Source: Octopus sinensis
Lineage: Eukaryota
DNA: 64,000 nucleotides
Assembly: GCF_006345805.1 (NCBI RefSeq)
Contig: NC_042999.1
Coordinates: 37,758,001-37,822,000 of the forward strand
Direction: 5' to 3'
Shown: positions 62,161-64,000 of the stretch, in pieces
Position numbering within the stretch: the first letter of the stretch is position 1
Layout of the letters: each line of letters opens with the position of its first letter
Position numbers and translations under genes: made by a program
Notes under the pieces: generated by a model
Database searches by the model: none
The model's input: only the letters and a program-made list of their open reading frames with translations
Told to the model about the DNA's origin: nothing

Positions 62161-62196
62161 AAGAAGGAGCGTTATCGACAGGGAAGCTGAAGGTAC

Positions 62197-62253
<57 letters not shown>

Positions 62254-62559
62254 GAGGAGAGAGGAGCCGAGAGAGGAGAGCGCGAGGAGGAGAGAGAGAG
62301 AGAGAGAGATAGAGAGAGAGAGGAGAGAGAGAGATGAGGGGGATCCGAGGAGAGGAGAGAGAAGGACGGAGAGAGATGAGGAGGAGAGGAATGCAATTGA
62401 CAGGTCGTTGGCGAGGATTGGTAGGAAGAATACAATACGGAATACAAAAATATAACGTATAAAAATGAACAAGAAAATAAATGTATAAATATTGTTGGCA
62501 TCTTTTTGTCTCAGGAGACAATGGAGTTGCGCATAAACTAATCCAGTCTGGTTTTTACC

Positions 62560-62880
62560 TTTCATGTCCTCTCCAGTTCTGCGCAGGCCTAGGCTAGATA
62601 TAAGAAAATCCTGGGTAGCCCAATCATCAGGATTCCTCTCTCGACCTTGCTGACGTAGTCCAAAGGAGTGCAGAGCATTACGTTTGACACCAGCTTGGTT
62701 GCAGGAGCTGCCGGGAGAGTGTAGAGTCGAACACTAAACCGCCCACGGAGCTCCACTCGGGATTTCTTTGAAGGTTGTCTCCTTTCCGTAACCCTGGATA
62801 GGGGCCCATACCAGGTACTGTCAGCCGGAGCCAGCTGATCCTGGGACTCGTGTCAGGCAGGGTCGTCACTCCCTGAAATA
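62560..62880 (-). mobile_element. GC-richer structured segment, possibly an RTE-like 5' UTR
   Basis: Several hairpins and the motif CTCCTGCAACCAAGCTGGTGTCAAACG; assignment from recollection only. Confidence 0.3.
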
Positions 62881-62989
62881 GTGAAGAAAATCGCTACCTA
62901 CTACCTACAAAATAAATACACAAAAGTAAATAAGGAGACAGAAGGAAGGTAAAGGAAGATAAAGTAGAAAATAATAAGTAAAGTAAAAT

Positions 62990-63120
62990 AAAATGAAAGG
63001 GATTTACACTACGAAGGCTATACCTGGATTTACATAGGATTGTACCCAAATATTTATGGACTAGCATCTACACTATCGGAAAATTGAGCGCTTACCTAGT
63101 GTACCTAGTCGTTTCGGATC
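62990..63120 (+). mobile_element. Inverted partial copy of family G
   Basis: Reverse complement of ~61985-62070; last 30 bp match the reverse complement of ~18547-18580. Confidence 0.65.
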
Positions 63121-63970
63121 TTTGATGTTGTCGTCACTGTTTACAATTTTGTTCCAATTAGTTTAAAATTCGATAAATGGATTAAGTTTTGTATAGTAAT
63201 TATGAAAATGAAATTCATTTTCCGTATAAATCCATAATTAAAAAGTTATGAGCCTTTAAAATTTGTAAAATTTGGGTATTTTAGCCAATCTGAAATGAGT
63301 ATTTTAGACATCACCGTGGCGAAGAAGTCTGTTTCTATATTAAACAAAGCAAAGAAGCACCACGCGTTCCATAGCTGATTGCGAAGAAGTTTGTTTCTAT
63401 AGTAACCAAAGATGCTGCGCATGCGCACAAGGAGACTACCGACCACTTGTTCAATAATTGTTTGTTTTCATAACAAACGGGACTCAAGCTCAACAAATTG
63501 AAAGTACCTGGGCATGGTTGACTCTTATATTTGTGAATTTATGTGGAGAAAGAGATACGAGAAAGATAATTTATTTTATAAAATCTTAGAGTGTATTGCA
63601 AACTTTGATTCTTGAAGTTTTAAAAACTAATAAATGTCTGTTTTAAACAATGTTTTGACTGTTATTTTTTGCAACTCCTGTTGCCTTGTTCGTAGTTTTT
63701 AAATATTTAATTTGCTCACGTAGCTAGTTTATTGTTTTGACAAGCCGATGCCCCTCCCCGCTGATGATGGAAGAGGCAGCGAACGCACTGTTTTCTGATT
63801 GGCTGAAAATTCTGAAAATTATCAAATTTTTACACCAGTAACACTTTTGCAAACATTTTCTGGAATAAATAAATATCAAATTCGGATTCAGCGTCAAAAA
63901 TTAAATTTATATGAGACATTAAAATTTTTTTTAATAATTGTAAACAGTGACGAAAACTACAACGATCCCC
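63116..63970. mobile_element. Putative non-autonomous TIR element
   Basis: Perfect 18-bp inverted repeat TCGTCACTGTTTACAATT (63131-63148) / AATTGTAAACAGTGACGA (63936-63953), extending imperfectly to GATC at both ends; no TSD found. Confidence 0.45.
63280..63430. promoter_or_regulatory. Cluster of CCAAT box, RFX X-box and NRF1 motifs
   Basis: AGCCAATC 63283-63290; GTTTCTATAGTAAC 63393-63406 (fits GTHNYY-AT-RRNAAC); TGCGCATGCGCA 63416-63427. Confidence 0.4.
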
Positions 63971-64000
63971 ATATTTTGTACATATGTATATATGTACGTA

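Noticed and set aside
62600-62640. CUGAUGA motif on the minus strand
   Set aside because: Part of a simple hairpin (AATCCTG/CAGGATT) with no GAAA after the stem; not a hammerhead.

Overview
Eukaryotic, AT-rich and repeat-saturated 64 kb window with no intact host gene recognisable and one 100-N assembly gap (31921-32020). The SINE families and microsatellite load suggest an octopus/coleoid cephalopod genome (inference). It contains: four interspersed tRNA-derived SINE families (my labels A-D); decayed non-LTR retrotransposons of the R4/Dong-like RLE, CR1/L2, RTE and Tx1 types; DNA transposon relics (Tc1 IR/DR, mariner, hAT MITE, other MITEs, Helitron); and Penelope-like material. The most interesting signals are RNA-level. 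(1) About 15 type I hammerhead-ribozyme motifs occur in at least 7 sequence contexts. One lies in a cassette where a Penelope GIY-YIG C-terminus is followed by a tRNA-Ser-like Pol III head, an (AAT)n spacer and a hammerhead (41091-41603). Others form a tandem ~450-nt hammerhead array (35371-36589) or a full-length extended hammerhead inside a long fold-back (9351-9495). (2) One-head/many-body SINE concatemers share the same internal junction at three loci, one bounded by a 17-bp TSD. (3) That SINE shares its 3' tail with a Tx1 LINE that sits in (TCTA)n arrays. All calls are by eye; boundaries are approximate to about 10-20 bp unless a TSD or TIR is quoted.
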